Assembly (NCBI GenBank): GCA_046597415.1
Contig: JBKJKT010000023.1
Location: 4,243-68,242, forward strand
Length of the DNA: 64,000 bases
Origin: Ramlibacter sp.
Lineage (GTDB): Bacteria > Pseudomonadota > Gammaproteobacteria > Burkholderiales > Burkholderiaceae_C
Direction: 5' to 3'
Shown here: piece after piece, positions 20,695 through 29,715 of the stretch
Numbering within the stretch: the first letter of the stretch is position 1
Layout: the number at the start of each line of letters is the position of its first letter
The notes under the pieces: generated by a model
What the model was told of the DNA's origin: nothing
Seen by the model: only the letters and a program-made list of their open reading frames with translations
Databases searched by the model: none
Program-made: the position numbers and the translations under genes

Positions 20695-21393
20695 TTGCCG
20701 CTCGACACTCTCTCCCTCGCCGAAACACCTGAAGGCATCGCGCTGTCGCTGCGACCTGCGGGCCTGGTCTCGCGCTGCCTGGCCTACCTTGTCGATTTCG
20801 CGGTGCGCCTGGGTTTCTTCTCTGCAATTGCCATGACCGCCGGTGCCATGGGCGGCATGGGAACGGCATTTCTGCTGATCTCGTATTTCGCGCTGGAATG
20901 GTTCTACCCGGTCGTGTTCGAGCTCACGCGCTCCGGTGCCACGCCAGGCAAACGCATGATGGGTCTGCAGGTCGTCATGGATTCGGGTCTACCGGTGACC
21001 CCTGCTGCGTCCATCATCCGCAACCTGCTGCGTGCCGCAGACTTCCTGCCTGCCATGTATGCGGGAGCTGCCGTGTCAATGCTGATGCGACCCGACTTCA
21101 AGCGTCTGGGTGATCTCGCTGCCGGCACGCTGGTCGTCTACTGCGAAAGCGTGAAGCTGCATGGCGAAGTGCCCTCGGCCACGCCCGCAGCTCCTGCGCG
21201 CAAGCTCACACCGGACGAACAGGTGGCGATCCTGGCCTGGGCCGGTCGCGCGCAGCGCCTGACGCCCGAGCGGCTGGAAGAGCTTGCCGTTCTGGCAGAG
21301 CCGGTGCTGGCACAACGCAGCGGCCCGGCAACGACCCGGTTGATGTCCGTTGCGCAGTGGTTGCTCGGACGGCGAGAAGGGCCTGCGCGATGA
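20695..21393 (+). CDS. RDD-family membrane protein
   Basis: TTG start in the track. TPEGIALSLRPAGLVSRCLAYLVDFAVR, three TM segments, and the RNLLRAADFLP motif typical of RDD proteins. Confidence 0.75.
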   Translation: MPLDTLSLAETPEGIALSLRPAGLVSRCLAYLVDFAVRLGFFSAIAMTAGAMGGMGTAFLLISYFALEWFYPVVFELTRSGATPGKRMMGLQVVMDSGLPVTPAASIIRNLLRAADFLPAMYAGAAVSMLMRPDFKRLGDLAAGTLVVYCESVKLHGEVPSATPAAPARKLTPDEQVAILAWAGRAQRLTPERLEELAVLAEPVLAQRSGPATTRLMSVAQWLLGRREGPAR

Positions 21394-22439
21394 GTCCGCT
21401 GCAATTCCAGGCCGCGCACGAACAGGCCTGGTCCGAGCTGGAGGGCCTGCTCGACCGCGCCGAAGGCAAGCGGAACACCGACGCGCGCAAGTTCTTCGCG
21501 GGTCTGCGGCACCCCGCCGACCGATCGTGGAACGGCGACCGTCTGGCAACGCTCTATCGCGGCGTCTGCGAGCACCTGGCGCTTGCGCAATCGCGTGCGT
21601 ACCCGGTCCACCTCACGCACAGGCTGGAGTCGCTCACGCAACGGGCGCATCGCCTGATTTATCGTCGCAACGCCTGGGGCATGAAAGGTCTAGCCCGTCT
21701 GGCGCTCATCGAGTTCCCGCAGTCGGTGCGTGCGCATGGCGGCCACCTGCTGTTCGCCACGCTGCTCTTCGTCGTGCCTGCGCTTGCCATGGCCGTGGCC
21801 GTCTGGTTCGATCCGGGCTTCATCCTCCATCTGGTGGATGCGGCGCAAGTCCAGCAGTTCGACGCGATGTATGGCGACAGCGCAGATGCCATCGGCAGGC
21901 GACGCGATGCGGACAGCGACTGGCAGATGTTCGGCTTCTACATCATGCACAACATCGGACTGGGCTTTCAGTGCTTTGCGGGCGGCATCTTTGCGGGTGT
22001 GGGCACCGCATTCTTCCTGGTGTTCAACGGCCTTTTTCTGGGTGCGCTCAGCTCGTACCTGATCTCTAACGGTCACGCAGAGAACTTTGTGTCGTTCGTC
22101 ATCACGCACGGCGCGTTCGAGCTCACCGCCATCGTGCTGGCGGGTGCGGCGGGCCTGCGCCTGGGCCATGCATGGCTGGCACCGGGGCAACTCACGCGGC
22201 TGGAAGCGGTGAAGCTGGGTGCACGCGAGGCGATCGTGGTGATCTACGGCGTGATTGGCATGCTGCTCGTGGCCGCAGCCGTCGAGGCCTTCTGGTCGTC
22301 GGCGCGCTGGGTTGCACCCCAGGTGAAGTACGCCGTCGGCACTGTTTGCTGGATTCTTGTCCTCGCCTATTTGCGCTGGCAGGGCCGACCGGCGACATCA
22401 CCTGTTGCAACCTCCATTGAGCGCGCGAATGCGGGTTGA
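21390..22439 (+). CDS. SpoIIM-like (DUF95) polytopic membrane protein
   Basis: The ATG at 21390 overlaps the RDD stop (ATGA). Multi-TM C-terminal half (HNIGLGFQCFAGGIFAGVGTAFFLVFNGLFLG...ITHGAFELTAIVLAGAAG) resembles the SpoIIM/DUF95 core. Confidence 0.7.
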   Translation: MSPLQFQAAHEQAWSELEGLLDRAEGKRNTDARKFFAGLRHPADRSWNGDRLATLYRGVCEHLALAQSRAYPVHLTHRLESLTQRAHRLIYRRNAWGMKGLARLALIEFPQSVRAHGGHLLFATLLFVVPALAMAVAVWFDPGFILHLVDAAQVQQFDAMYGDSADAIGRRRDADSDWQMFGFYIMHNIGLGFQCFAGGIFAGVGTAFFLVFNGLFLGALSSYLISNGHAENFVSFVITHGAFELTAIVLAGAAGLRLGHAWLAPGQLTRLEAVKLGAREAIVVIYGVIGMLLVAAAVEAFWSSARWVAPQVKYAVGTVCWILVLAYLRWQGRPATSPVATSIERANAG

Positions 22440-23163
22440 TGCCCTTGCCGTCCAGCTGCGACCGCGTCCGATGACCGAGGCGGCGGATCTTGGGGCCGCC
22501 CTGGTGCGCACTCACGCACGATCGGTGTGGAGCTGTTACGCGGCCGTGATGGCGATGGTCCTGATGCTTGCGGTCGCAGCGAGTGACATCTCGCCGTGGG
22601 CCCCGACGCTTGTCGTGTTCCTGGCCAAGCCCTGGCTCGACCGAACGCTCCTCTTCGTGCTGTCACGCGCCGTCTTCGGACAAGAGACGCATCCCCGCGA
22701 CCTGTGGGCGCAGCGCAAACAAGTGCTGTGGTCGCAACTTGGAACGGCCCTGTTCGTGCAGCGTCTCTCTCCGTGGCGCTCCTACACCCAGCCTGCTCTG
22801 CAGCTCGAGGGACAGCAGGGCAAGGCGCGTCGCAAACGCCGGGACCAGCTGCTGGCTGGCAGGCGCGGAGCTGCGCTGCGAATGCAGTTCGCGTTCAGTG
22901 CGACTGAAGGGGCGCTGATAGCCGGCGCGTACGCAGCCATGCTGTGGTTCGCGCCAGAGGGAATGCATTCAGACCTGCTGTCGTGGCTGGCTGATACCAA
23001 CGCGTTCGCAAATGTCTTCGTTTCGGTATCGATCTACGCAGGTGTTGTCTTCGCACTGGAACCCTTCTTTGTTGCGGGCGGATTTGCGATGTACCTCAAC
23101 CGCCGCGTCGAGCTGGAGGCGTGGGACGTCGAACAGGAATTTCGCCGTGCGTTCGTCCGCTGA
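22429..23163 (+). CDS. hypothetical membrane protein of the MoxR cluster
   Basis: The ATG at 22429 overlaps the upstream gene by 11 nt. At least four hydrophobic segments. No domain recognised. Confidence 0.6.
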   Translation: MRVDALAVQLRPRPMTEAADLGAALVRTHARSVWSCYAAVMAMVLMLAVAASDISPWAPTLVVFLAKPWLDRTLLFVLSRAVFGQETHPRDLWAQRKQVLWSQLGTALFVQRLSPWRSYTQPALQLEGQQGKARRKRRDQLLAGRRGAALRMQFAFSATEGALIAGAYAAMLWFAPEGMHSDLLSWLADTNAFANVFVSVSIYAGVVFALEPFFVAGGFAMYLNRRVELEAWDVEQEFRRAFVR

Positions 23164-23176
23164 TCCATCTTCTGCC

Positions 23177-23926
23177 ATGTCGACGCGAGCTGCATGCGTT
23201 CAGGTTGCTCTGTGCGTTTCGCTGATGCTTGCGCCGCTGGCTTCCAGGGCCGCGCCCGGCGACGTTCCGCCCCGCACCGAAGTCGAAGCCGCCGCAGCGC
23301 GGGTTGCCCAGGACCCGAATCTGCCCGGCAGCATCACCGAAAAGAAGCTGCGTCTTCGCGATGACGACCGGGCGAAGAAGCCCTCCGGTCCCACCGGCGA
23401 ATCGCTGAAATGGCTGGTCGATCTCCTGCGATGGATGGCGGAGGCGGCACGCCTGCTGGTGTGGGCGGCAGGGGCGGTGGCCGTCGCGCTGCTGCTGGTC
23501 GGCATACGCCGCTGGATCAGGGCGCGGGCAGACGCCGCCATGCCCCGGCGCGCGGGCCTGCCCAGCCATGTGCAAAGTCTGGACATTCGCCCCGAAAGCC
23601 TGCCCGATGAAGTTGGCGCTGCCGCCGCGCAGTTGTGGCAGCAAGGCGAGCGACGCGCGGCGCTGTCGCTGCTGTACCGGGGCGCACTTTCGCGCCTGGT
23701 CCACGACCACGAAGTGCCCATACACCCCGCGACGACCGAAGGCGAATGCGTGACGCTCGCCAATGCCAGCCTTGACATGCAGGCCGGGCAGTTCTTCACG
23801 CGACTGGTGCGCGCATGGCAACTGGCCGTGTATGGCGAACGCATGCCACCCGACCAGGCCGCCCTTGCGCTATGCCGCGAGTTCGACACATGCCTTCCGC
23901 TCAAGAAAGCGATGCCGACCGCATGA
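23177..23926 (+). CDS. DUF4129-like protein with signal peptide and a membrane segment
   Basis: ATG at 23177 (MSTRAACVQVALCVSLMLAPLASRAAPG). TM segment LLVWAAGAVAVALLLVGI. C-terminal ALSLLYRGALSRLVHDHEVPIHPATTEGEC resembles the DUF4129 helix-rich domain. Confidence 0.6.
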   Translation: MSTRAACVQVALCVSLMLAPLASRAAPGDVPPRTEVEAAAARVAQDPNLPGSITEKKLRLRDDDRAKKPSGPTGESLKWLVDLLRWMAEAARLLVWAAGAVAVALLLVGIRRWIRARADAAMPRRAGLPSHVQSLDIRPESLPDEVGAAAAQLWQQGERRAALSLLYRGALSRLVHDHEVPIHPATTEGECVTLANASLDMQAGQFFTRLVRAWQLAVYGERMPPDQAALALCREFDTCLPLKKAMPTA

Positions 23927-25089
23927 GCCGGGCCAGCCTCATGCGCATTCTTATCGTCGTGCTGCTCGGTGCGGGCGCGGTGTGGCTGCTCTCGAACACC
24001 GAATGGACCGAAGTTGAGGTCCCTCGACCCGCCAAAGGTGAAGCCGCGCGCAATCCGCACTACGCCGCGCAGTCGCTGTTGCGCGAGCTCGGGGCCGTGG
24101 TCGTGCGGCGAGCTGACCTCGATCGCCTGCCGCCGCCAGGCGCGCGCCTCGTACTGATGTCCCGACACTGGGACCTGTTTCCTGACCGGGCTCCCCGGCT
24201 ACGCCAGTGGGTCGAGCAGGGCGGGCATCTGGTGATCCCCACGGGCCTTGTGGATCATCCGGGTCTCGCGTGGCTGCCTCTCAAGTCGGACGCTACGAAA
24301 ATCAATGAGGCGGGTCGACGCAAGGATCGCACTTGCCGCGAGCTGGCTGAGCCGGAGCCGCTAGTGCCAACTTACGGAGCAGCACGCGTGATGAAGATCT
24401 GTGCGCTCATGAGCCCCGAGATGCTGGAGCTCCCTGCGGGCGCTGTTGCCGCATGGGAACTCAAGGGCGAGCTAGGCTCCGAAGTCATGCGCATCGCCGT
24501 CGGGCGTGGCAGTGTCACTGCGTTCGGCCCCTGGGGATTGCTGGACAACCCCACCGTGCTGCGCGCAGAAAACCCCCTCGTGATTGCAGCGATCCTGCAG
24601 ACGCGTAGCGGCGCCGAGCACTGGTTCGTTGTCGAGGAGGCGCGCGATCCATTGATTGCGTGGCTGTGGCGGCAGGGCTGGCCCGCTGCTTTGCTGGCCT
24701 TGCTCGCGCTGGCCGTGTTCCTCTGGCGGGGCGCGGTGCGCTTCGGACCCATCGCTGCACCCGCAGATCGCAACCGGCGCTCGATGACAGAACAGATTTC
24801 GGGCACCGCGCATTTCCTCCAGCGGCATGGTCAGGACGCGTTGCACAAGGCCCAGGTCCGTGCGCTGCACAGCGCTGCGTCGCGTGTCGTGCGCCAGTAC
24901 TCGCAGCTCGATCAGGCAGCCAGGGTCGCCGCGATCGCGAAGGCGACGGGCGTTGACGAGCAGGTGCTCGCACGCGCCCTTGCAACCACAACCACCGCAC
25001 GATTGCCCGGGGCACTCGCGGCCGATCTCGAAGTGATCGAGACCGCGCGACGTTTGCTGCAATCCACATTTCGATCACCCCGACCCTGA
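23923..25089 (+). CDS. DUF4350-like membrane-anchored protein
   Basis: The ATG at 23923 overlaps the upstream stop (ATGA). N-terminal TM (ILIVVLLGAGAVWLL) and a second TM near residue 250. The family assignment comes from the recalled gene-neighbourhood pattern. Confidence 0.55.
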   Translation: MSRASLMRILIVVLLGAGAVWLLSNTEWTEVEVPRPAKGEAARNPHYAAQSLLRELGAVVVRRADLDRLPPPGARLVLMSRHWDLFPDRAPRLRQWVEQGGHLVIPTGLVDHPGLAWLPLKSDATKINEAGRRKDRTCRELAEPEPLVPTYGAARVMKICALMSPEMLELPAGAVAAWELKGELGSEVMRIAVGRGSVTAFGPWGLLDNPTVLRAENPLVIAAILQTRSGAEHWFVVEEARDPLIAWLWRQGWPAALLALLALAVFLWRGAVRFGPIAAPADRNRRSMTEQISGTAHFLQRHGQDALHKAQVRALHSAASRVVRQYSQLDQAARVAAIAKATGVDEQVLARALATTTTARLPGALAADLEVIETARRLLQSTFRSPRP

Positions 25090-25096
25090 GGCCCAC

Positions 25097-26092
25097 ATGC
25101 CCCACATCAACCCTGAACACCTCACCCGCGCCGCTGAACTCCTGCAGGTGCTGCGCCTGGAAATCGGCAAGGCCGTCGTCGGCCAGCAGGCGGCCGTTGA
25201 CCAGACCCTCGTCGCGCTCATCGCATCGGGCCACGTCCTGATCGAAGGTGTACCGGGCCTGGGCAAGACGCTGCTCGCGCGAGCGCTGGCCAGATCCATG
25301 TCACTGGGCTATGCGCGGGTTCAGTTCACGCCCGACCTGATGCCATCCGACATCACGGGGCATTCGGTGCTGGATCCGGGTGAAGGCGCAGGTGGCGGGC
25401 TGGGTTCGCTACGCGTGAATCGTGGCCCGGTCTTTACCCACCTGCTGCTCGCCGACGAAATAAACCGCGCACCGGCCAAGACCCAGAGCGCGCTGCTGGA
25501 AGTGATGCAGGAATACCAGGTGACGATAGAAGGTCAGGCGATCGCCTTGCCGCAGCCCTTCATGGTGATGGCCACGCAAAACCCGATCGACACCGAAGGC
25601 ACCTACCCTCTGCCCGAAGCGCAGCTCGACCGCTTCCTGCTCAAGATCAACATCGGCTTTCCGAGCCTGGCGCAAGAGTCGGCCATCGTGCGCCTGACCA
25701 CTGACCAGCAGGCGGGCAACCAATTTCCGCTCGATGCGGTCAGCCCGGTGATTGACGAGGGGCAGGTGCTGGAGTTGCAACGCATGGTGTCATTCATCGC
25801 CGCAGCGCAGAGCGTGGTCGATTACGCCGTTCGAATTACACGTGTCACCCGCGAATGGCCAGGCCTTTCATCGGGCGCTGGACCTCGCGGCGCGATTGCG
25901 CTGATACGGGCTGCGCGCGCCACGGCCCTTTTACAGGCACGCGACTTCATCACGCCCGACGACATCAAGCACCACGCATTGCCGGCCTTGCGCCATCGTG
26001 TGCAACTCGCGCCCGATGCGCAGCTGGAAGGCCGGTCTGTAGACGAGCTGCTGTTGGCCGCCATCGACAGCGTCGAAGCGCCGCGCAAGTAG
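25097..26092 (+). CDS. MoxR-family AAA+ ATPase
   Basis: 331 aa. Walker A VLIEGVPGLGKT, Walker B LLADEINRA, and the ATQNPIDTEGTYPLPEAQLDRF motif. Confidence 0.95.
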   Translation: MPHINPEHLTRAAELLQVLRLEIGKAVVGQQAAVDQTLVALIASGHVLIEGVPGLGKTLLARALARSMSLGYARVQFTPDLMPSDITGHSVLDPGEGAGGGLGSLRVNRGPVFTHLLLADEINRAPAKTQSALLEVMQEYQVTIEGQAIALPQPFMVMATQNPIDTEGTYPLPEAQLDRFLLKINIGFPSLAQESAIVRLTTDQQAGNQFPLDAVSPVIDEGQVLELQRMVSFIAAAQSVVDYAVRITRVTREWPGLSSGAGPRGAIALIRAARATALLQARDFITPDDIKHHALPALRHRVQLAPDAQLEGRSVDELLLAAIDSVEAPRK

Positions 26093-26109
26093 GCCGATCA
26101 CAGTTCAGC

Positions 26110-27471
26110 GTGCAAAACGTGCTCCTCGTTCCCAGCCGCCGTATCGCGCAGTGCCTTGTGGTCCTGGCCGTGGCCGCGGCTGCGGCGTTGATCGCGCAAG
26201 TGCCGCTGGCGGCCGTCGCCATGGCCTGCGCCGCGCTGGTCGCGGGCATCAGCGCCTGGATGGCCATCGACTACACACGCAGCCGCCGCGCGTGGAACGA
26301 AGCGCCGCTGCGTGCCGAACGCAAGCTTCCTCACGCTTTCGCGCTCGGCGTGCCCACCGTGGTCAGGATCGCCCTGCTCAACGAGGGCCGGGTGCCATGG
26401 CAGGTTGACGTTTTCGACGAGGTCGATTCGCGATTCGCGTGGGAAGGCTTGCCCCAGTCAATCACGGTGCCGCCAGCCGGTCGCGTCGACGTTCACTACA
26501 CAGTCACAGCACGAAAACGCGGACTCGCACACTTCGGCGCGACACAGCTGCGCTGCCGCACATCCGGCGGGTCCCTGGAAATCCGCCGTTTGCTGGGCAC
26601 ACCTTGCACCGTTCGCGTCTATCCCAACTTCGCCGCGGTCGCAGGCTATGCATGGCTTGCGGGCGACCGGCGCCTCGCGCAGATCGGTATCAAGACTTAC
26701 GCGCAGCGCGGCAGGGGAACCGACTTCCGCCAGCTTTCCGATTACCGGCGCGGCGATCCGGTGCGGCATATCGACTGGAAAGCGACGATGCGCCACGGGC
26801 GGCCCATCGTGAGGGAGTTCCAGGACGACCGCGACCAGCGTGTCTTTTTCATGCTCGACTGCGGACGGCGAATGCGCGCAGACGAAGGCACACAGGCGCA
26901 TGGCGGCAGCCACTTCGACCAGGCGCTCAATGCATTGATGCTGCTGGCCTATGTGGCGCTGAAAGAAGGGGACGAAGTGGGGGCGATGACATTCGGCAAC
27001 GCTGCGGGCGAGCAGCGCGAATTCGCACCGCGCAAAGGCACGGCCACGCTCAACGCGTTGATGAACCGCTTGTACGACCTCGAACCCGGCCGGGCCCACC
27101 CGGATTACAGCGCCGCCGCGCAGGAGCTGCTTCGATTGAACCCAAGGCGCGCGCTGGTCATCATGCTTACCAACTTTCGGGGGGAAGACGCGGGCGAGCT
27201 CCAGCCGGCGTTGCAGCTTTTGCGACAGCGGCATCTGGTCCTGGTGGCCAGCCTGCGCGAGAAAGTGATCGCGCAAATCGCCGCTCAGCCGCTGGGCATT
27301 GCGCAGAAAAATGTTGAAGTGGCGGCAGCACACATGTTCGACCAGTCCCGCCGCGATGCTTTCGCCCGTGTGGTGGGCAACGATGCGCTCTCGGTGGATG
27401 TCGAGCCCGCGCTGCTCGCCGTAACGCTCGTCAATCGCTACCATTCGGTCAAGCGCGCCGGCTTGCTGTGA
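26110..27471 (+). CDS. DUF58 (VWA-like) protein, usual partner of MoxR
   Basis: The probable GTG start at 26110 is the first start after the MoxR stop; the track start at 25855 overlaps moxR. Two N-terminal TM segments. GDPVRHIDWKATMRHGRPIVREFQDDRD is the DUF58 signature. Confidence 0.85.
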   Translation: MQNVLLVPSRRIAQCLVVLAVAAAAALIAQVPLAAVAMACAALVAGISAWMAIDYTRSRRAWNEAPLRAERKLPHAFALGVPTVVRIALLNEGRVPWQVDVFDEVDSRFAWEGLPQSITVPPAGRVDVHYTVTARKRGLAHFGATQLRCRTSGGSLEIRRLLGTPCTVRVYPNFAAVAGYAWLAGDRRLAQIGIKTYAQRGRGTDFRQLSDYRRGDPVRHIDWKATMRHGRPIVREFQDDRDQRVFFMLDCGRRMRADEGTQAHGGSHFDQALNALMLLAYVALKEGDEVGAMTFGNAAGEQREFAPRKGTATLNALMNRLYDLEPGRAHPDYSAAAQELLRLNPRRALVIMLTNFRGEDAGELQPALQLLRQRHLVLVASLREKVIAQIAAQPLGIAQKNVEVAAAHMFDQSRRDAFARVVGNDALSVDVEPALLAVTLVNRYHSVKRAGLL

Positions 27472-27499
27472 GCGCCAACCGAGCTCCGCCAGAGGAACC

Positions 27500-28045
27500 A
27501 TGAATCCAGTCGATCTGCCAGCAAATCCCTATTCGCCGCCGACAGCACACGTTTCCGATGTCGATGGCTTCGGCGTGCAGACCCAGCCCCTGAGGGTCTC
27601 GACGTTCAAGGGGCGTATCGGGCGCTTGCGTTATGTGGCGTGGATGTGCGGCGGCTACCTGGTGCTGTTCGGGCTTGCCGCGTTCGGTGGCTTGCTCGCC
27701 GGCATGGCAGGCACCCCGCGCGTCGTGGATGTAATTACGGGCATTGCGGGCCTCCTGTTCATCATCTTCTGGGTGTTCTGGACCATTCAGCGCAGCCACG
27801 ACATGGGCTGGAGCGGCTGGACCTGGCTGTGGACCCTCATCCCGTTCGTGGTGCTGATCTGGATCTTCAAGCGTGGCGACAAGGGCGGCAACCGGTACGG
27901 CGGGCCGCCTCCGCCCAACAGCCTGGGCGTGCATGTGCTGGCGTGGCTGCTGCCGTTCATCTTCTTTTTTGGCGTGCTCGCGGCCGTTGCCATTCCGGCG
28001 TATAGCGCCTACAACAAGCGCGTGAATTCCGTCCAGATGCGATGA
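27500..28045 (+). CDS. DUF805-family inner-membrane protein with a pilin-helix-like C-terminus
   Basis: GRIGRLRYVAW...QRSHDMGWSGW motif of DUF805 (YhaH/YhaI-like). The last TM, GVLAAVAIPAYSAYNKR, resembles the conserved N-terminal helix of type IV pilins. Confidence 0.75.
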   Translation: MNPVDLPANPYSPPTAHVSDVDGFGVQTQPLRVSTFKGRIGRLRYVAWMCGGYLVLFGLAAFGGLLAGMAGTPRVVDVITGIAGLLFIIFWVFWTIQRSHDMGWSGWTWLWTLIPFVVLIWIFKRGDKGGNRYGGPPPPNSLGVHVLAWLLPFIFFFGVLAAVAIPAYSAYNKRVNSVQMR

Positions 28046-28152
28046 CATCTTCTGCCCGCAGCCACTACCAGACGCTAGGCGTGGCGCCTGACGCATCGCC
28101 CGACGAAGTGCGACGGGCCGATCGCAAGCTCGGGCAGAAATTACATCAAGCC
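28042..28152 (+). pseudogene. remnant of a DnaJ J-domain gene (about 35 codons)
   Basis: MTSSARSHYQTLGVAPDASPDEVRRADRKLGQKLHQA resembles a J-domain start (HYxxLGV...AsxxEIkrAYRKLAxKyHPD), but the HPD motif is lost. The frame then runs antisense through the gor 3' end. Confidence 0.35.
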
Positions 28153-29580
28153 TTAAGGCGCGGCGGCCGGCACAACCCGTGCCACCGGTACCACCGGAAC
28201 CACTGGTGCCATCGATGCCATCGATGCCTCGCGCATCGTCACGAACTCTTCCGCCGCCGTCGGATGAATGCCGATGGTGCTGTCAAACACCGCCTTGGTC
28301 GCGCCCGCCTTCATCGCCACCGCAAAGCCCTGAATGATCTCGCCCGCTTCAGCGCCGACCATGTGCATGCCGACGACGCGGTCGGTGGCGTCCTCCACGA
28401 TCATCTTCATCAAGGTTCGCTCGGTACTGCCACTTAACGTGTGCTTGAGCGACTTGAATTCGCTGCGAAACACTGTGACGTCGCCGAATAGTTTGCGTGC
28501 GTCAGTCTCGGAGTAGCCGACAATCGCGATGGACGGATGGGTGAAGACTGCCGTGGGGATGAAGTCGTATTTCATCGACCGCTCGCCCTTGCCGAACAGC
28601 CGGTCGACCACGACCATCGCTTCGGCCAGCGCAACCGGCGTCAGCTGCAAACGCGCGGTCACATCTCCAACCGCATGAATGTGCGCAACGTTAGTCGCGT
28701 AGTGCTCATCGACCAGCACCGCGCCGTCTTCGCGCTGCTCGACCCCCGCCGCTTCCAGCCCGAGCGACGACACATTCGGGGCGCGACCGGTGGCGTAGAG
28801 CACCGTATCCACTTCGAGCACCGCCCCGTCAACCAGCGTGGCCGAGATGCTGCCCGACGAACGAGACAAGGACTTGACGTCGCTGTTCACGCGCAGATCG
28901 ACACCGTGCTTGCGCACTTCCTGCGCGATGAAACTGCGCACATCCTCGTCGAATCCGCGCAGCACCTGCTCGCCCCGGTACAGCTGCGTGACCTCGGAGC
29001 CCAGGCCATTAAAGATCGACGCAAATTCACAGGCGATGTAGCCGCCGCCCACGACCAGCAGACGGCGCGGAAAGGGATCGAGGTCGAACATGCTGTCGGA
29101 GCTGACGGCCAACTCGCATCCCGCCAGCTCCGGCATGAAGGGAGCGCCCCCGGTCGCGATCAGGATGTTGCGTGCAGAAAAAGTCTCCATGCCCTGCGAT
29201 GTCTGGACCTGCACGGTATGCGCATCGACGAACTGGGCCCAGCCGCTTACGATGGTCGCGCCCGAGACGGTCAGCAGGTTGCGGTAGATGCCATTGAGCC
29301 GGGTGATTTCGGCGGCCCGATTTTTTTTCAGCGTCCCCCAGTTAAACCGCGTTGCCGGCACTTCCCAGCCAAAACCCGCTGCATCTGCAAAGTCGTCCGC
29401 AAAGTGTGCGGCATAGCTGTAGAGTTTTTTGGGCACGCAGCCCACGTTGACGCAGGTGCCGCCCAGGGCAGCCGCCTCGGCGATCACCACCCGAGCGCCG
29501 CGTTGGGCCGCCATGCGGGCGGCGCGAACGCCGGCACTTCCGGCGCCAATGACAAAAAAATCGCAATCAAATGAAGGCAT
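28153..29580 (-). CDS. gor: glutathione-disulfide reductase with an unusual 26-aa C-terminal extension
   Basis: Starts at ATG 29580 (MPSFDCDFFVIGAGSAGVRAA) with GGAGAAG upstream. Redox motif GGTCVNVGCVPKKL. The normal family end (...HPTAAEEFVTMR) is followed by EASMASMAPVVPVVPVARVVPAAAP. Confidence 0.9.
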   Translation of the reverse strand: MPSFDCDFFVIGAGSAGVRAARMAAQRGARVVIAEAAALGGTCVNVGCVPKKLYSYAAHFADDFADAAGFGWEVPATRFNWGTLKKNRAAEITRLNGIYRNLLTVSGATIVSGWAQFVDAHTVQVQTSQGMETFSARNILIATGGAPFMPELAGCELAVSSDSMFDLDPFPRRLLVVGGGYIACEFASIFNGLGSEVTQLYRGEQVLRGFDEDVRSFIAQEVRKHGVDLRVNSDVKSLSRSSGSISATLVDGAVLEVDTVLYATGRAPNVSSLGLEAAGVEQREDGAVLVDEHYATNVAHIHAVGDVTARLQLTPVALAEAMVVVDRLFGKGERSMKYDFIPTAVFTHPSIAIVGYSETDARKLFGDVTVFRSEFKSLKHTLSGSTERTLMKMIVEDATDRVVGMHMVGAEAGEIIQGFAVAMKAGATKAVFDSTIGIHPTAAEEFVTMREASMASMAPVVPVVPVARVVPAAAP

Positions 29581-29715
29581 GGACTTCTCCTGCCGGGCAG
29601 TATCGCCTGCGCGCCAACCCGACGTCGGTTGCAACCCGCAAAACCGCTCGATCAGCAGCGTCTCCACTGGCCTTCCGGGTTCTCGCGTGCATGAATGGAA
29701 GAGTTCATCACCAGC

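Noticed and set aside
23096-25234. Several 196-322-aa minus-strand ORFs across the MoxR cluster (23096-23821, 23200-24168, 24472-25062, 24515-25234)
   Set aside because: They are antisense to a coherent plus-strand operon with coupled stops and starts. The products are Arg-rich nonsense.
26458-27501. 347-aa minus-strand ORF and 292-aa plus-strand alternative frame (26439-27317)
   Set aside because: They overlap the DUF58 gene, which carries a clear family signature in its own frame.
28537-29574. 345-aa plus-strand ORF
   Set aside because: It is antisense to gor.
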